Notes under the pieces: model-generated
Databases searched by the model: none
Seen by the model: only the letters and a program-made list of their open reading frames with translations
Told to the model about the DNA's origin: nothing
NCBI GenBank assembly: GCA_002269645.1
Contig: NIVC01004815.1
Coordinates: forward strand, 1-34,421
Length of the DNA stretch: 34,421 bases
Source of the DNA: Macrostomum lignano
Taxonomy: Eukaryota
Direction: 5' to 3'
In this document: positions 32,201 to 34,421 of the stretch, piece after piece
Position numbering within the stretch: the stretch's first letter is position 1
How the letters are laid out: each line of letters begins with the position of its first letter
Position numbers and translations under genes: made by a program

Positions 32201-33974
32201 CAAGGACAACTTGATAACTCAGGACCGGAAACGAGCCAATTCATGGCGAAAAAAGTATGAGGCTCGTTTAAAAGCATTGTAATTATACTTTTACCCAGAC
32301 GCAATGAAAAAATATTTTGGCCATTATTCCACAGTTTTGATGTGTGAAACTCTTTCAATCCATAGACATTTGGATTGAAAAAATCCATCGCTCAGTATTT
32401 TTGTTAATAAATACAGAAAAACAAGAAGTAAATGAACAAAAAGGATAAATCATTAAAACTAAAGTACCAGCTACACGAAAAGAGTTAATAATAAATGTCA
32501 CAGCTAGTGCAGTTTATCAGTTTGTAGTCGAAATTTGACAATGTGAAAATCAATTTGTCACCCAAAGTGAAGCATACACAGTTCTCAAAGCCGCAGTTTC
32601 CAAAGATGCTCGACACTTTAGCCTGATGATTTGGCACTGCAAAAGGAGTTGGTCTATGTTGAATGTTTTCTATGAAAGAGAAATACAGGTGCTCAGTATA
32701 GTTGCCGAACTTACCATTTGAAAGATGCACGACTTGGTTAAGTTGGCATGCGTCTGATGGGCTTCTTTGGTATCGCAGTATCCAAGCTGGATTCTTTGGG
32801 ACTGTCGGCTGCTCGACTGAATCGATTGGCCGCTTTCAGGCATCGTTTATAGCCGTCGAGGCGTTGAAGACTGCATGGTCGCGTTTTTTCCTAGGTAGCG
32901 CCGCACGGTTCGTTCAGTCGTCGACAGAAAGATTTTTTCAATTAATAAGCGCGCTGTTTGACGAGATGCACTAGCCATAGTTGTTTGACAAGACAAATAG
33001 CTTTTTCTCCCACTACTCGCTTTCCTGATTTCTTGCAAGACGCAAGCAAAATCAGCACTCATCACAGTGTTGTCTATGGTCAAACTAAGCCACACAACTC
33101 AGTCGTCTATGGGTAAAACAACTCTTAAAACAGCCAATTGAAGCATGATAAGAAAGTGTGGAATAATGACTGAGCGCTGAGTGAAAGTATAAATACAATG
33201 CACTTGTATAGTATGCAACTGAGTTGAATAATGGCCATAGACCACAAAGCCGCAGTTTGCGCTACGCGCACTCGAGTTTTGGCCATTATTCAACTCAGTT
33301 GCATACTATACAATCTACCATTGTTCTATGGCCCATCCGTATGCGCATGCTTTCAGTTGCCTATGTAAACTCTTATCATATTTGACTTTTTGATAGGCAG
33401 TCAGAAGGCGGGTGCAGGTCGTTTTCTTAAATGTTGAATAGTTTTATCACAAAAAGTAAACGTCGTGAAAATACACAATGGGAAAGCTGTACATGCAGCA
33501 CATGTATAAGGAACTCGAGAAAAATTTACGATTCTTTTTTCATCTGAACTACAAACAGAGAGGAAAATAACAGTCAGAACGGGAAAGAGCTGACTATGAT
33601 AAATAGTGAAGTGTTTGCTCCAGGCTCGCTCACTGTCCACTCAGCTTCAGTATTTTTCTGTAGAGACAGTCGCCAAGCCTCTCGTTCAGTTGCATCTTTA
33701 GGAAACGAAAATACTGCAACATTCCGATCACGGTTACTATTGTAGTTTGCACAACAGAAAATGACGCTGCATTTTATCGGCATGATATTTAGTTTCAGTA
33801 AGAATAAAAGTTTTCTCTCTCTCAATTGCAAGTGCATGCGAAGAACTCAATTTTCAGCTCAGATTTCTCGCTTTCGTAGCTTTGGATGGGCCATAGAACA
33901 ATGCTTTTAAACAGCCTCACTTTTTTCGCCATGAATTGCTCGTTTCCGCGTCCTGAGTTATCAAGTTGTCCTTG
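32201..33974 (-). mobile_element. P-superfamily (THAP-domain) DNA transposon relic with ~80-bp TIRs
   Basis: TIRs CAAGGACAACTTGATAACTCAGGAC...AAAAGCATTGT at 32201-32280 and 33898-33974 (differing only by 4 small indels). THAP domain near the right end; RTVRRYL HTH-like segment at ~32880-32950. No TSD found. Confidence 0.75.
33608..33783 (-). pseudogene. THAP zinc-finger N-terminus of a P-type transposase (frameshifted)
   Basis: MPIKCSVIFCCANY...VAVFSFPKDATEREAW...(frameshift)...SKHF has the THAP C-x4-C, FxFP, W and HF signature; the last Cys position reads Trp. Confidence 0.85.
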
Positions 33975-33984
33975 GAGGGAGGGT

Positions 33985-34421
33985 CGTTTCACAAACCCTA
34001 ATTTTCACAACGTCGAAACCAGAACCTTTCATAAGACCTATATTACATAAACCCTAATTTTCACAACGTCGAAAATAAGCAATGCAGCAGATTTCACAAG
34101 ACCTAAATTTCATAACACCTAAAAGGCATGCACAGAATTTCAAAAGCCCTAAATTTCACAAACCCTAAATTTCACAAACCCTAAATATCACAACGCCTAA
34201 ATATCACATACGTCGAAAATTAAATTTGCTTCTATTTTCAGAAGCTCTAAATTTCACAAACGCCTAAAAACACTATGGAGATAGAATCTTTCACAAGACC
34301 TAAAATTTCACAACGCCTAAAAAACACTATGGAGATAGAATCTTTCACAAGACCTAAAGTTTCACACGCCTAAAAACACTATGGAGATAGAATCTTTCAC
34401 AAGACCTAAATTTCACAACGC
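33985..34421. repeat. Degenerate 16-17-bp repeat (AATTTCACAAACCCTAA-like) ending in three ~55-60-bp higher-order copies; runs off the window
   Basis: Repeated tttcacaa..cctaa units; cgcctaaaaacactatggagatagaatctttcacaagacctaaa occurs three times from 34261. Confidence 0.88.

Overview
Repeat-dominated metazoan genomic window, not prokaryotic. Gene style, minisatellite-filled introns and TACATGTA-rich DNA suggest a free-living flatworm such as Macrostomum; this is inference and unverified. Two spliced + strand genes are supported. The first is a divergent DEG/ENaC channel (coding exons 8292-8451, 9491-10689, 15051-15851; 719 aa as joined). Its first coding exon is missing from the ORF track, and it has non-canonical pore motifs plus paired loss of one thumb disulfide. 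The second is a divergent Wee1-family kinase (26979-28253 + 28594-29340; 673 aa) with an altered catalytic loop. The rest is about a dozen micro/minisatellite arrays, a tRNA-derived SINE family (3 copies plus a fragment), a tRNA-Met relic, a PIF/Harbinger element inserted into a relative, nested hAT elements, a hAT MITE sharing its site with a SINE, and a foldback-like P-superfamily (THAP) relic. All long low-complexity ORFs in the track are tandem-repeat artefacts. All comparisons to reference proteins are from memory; no database searches were run.
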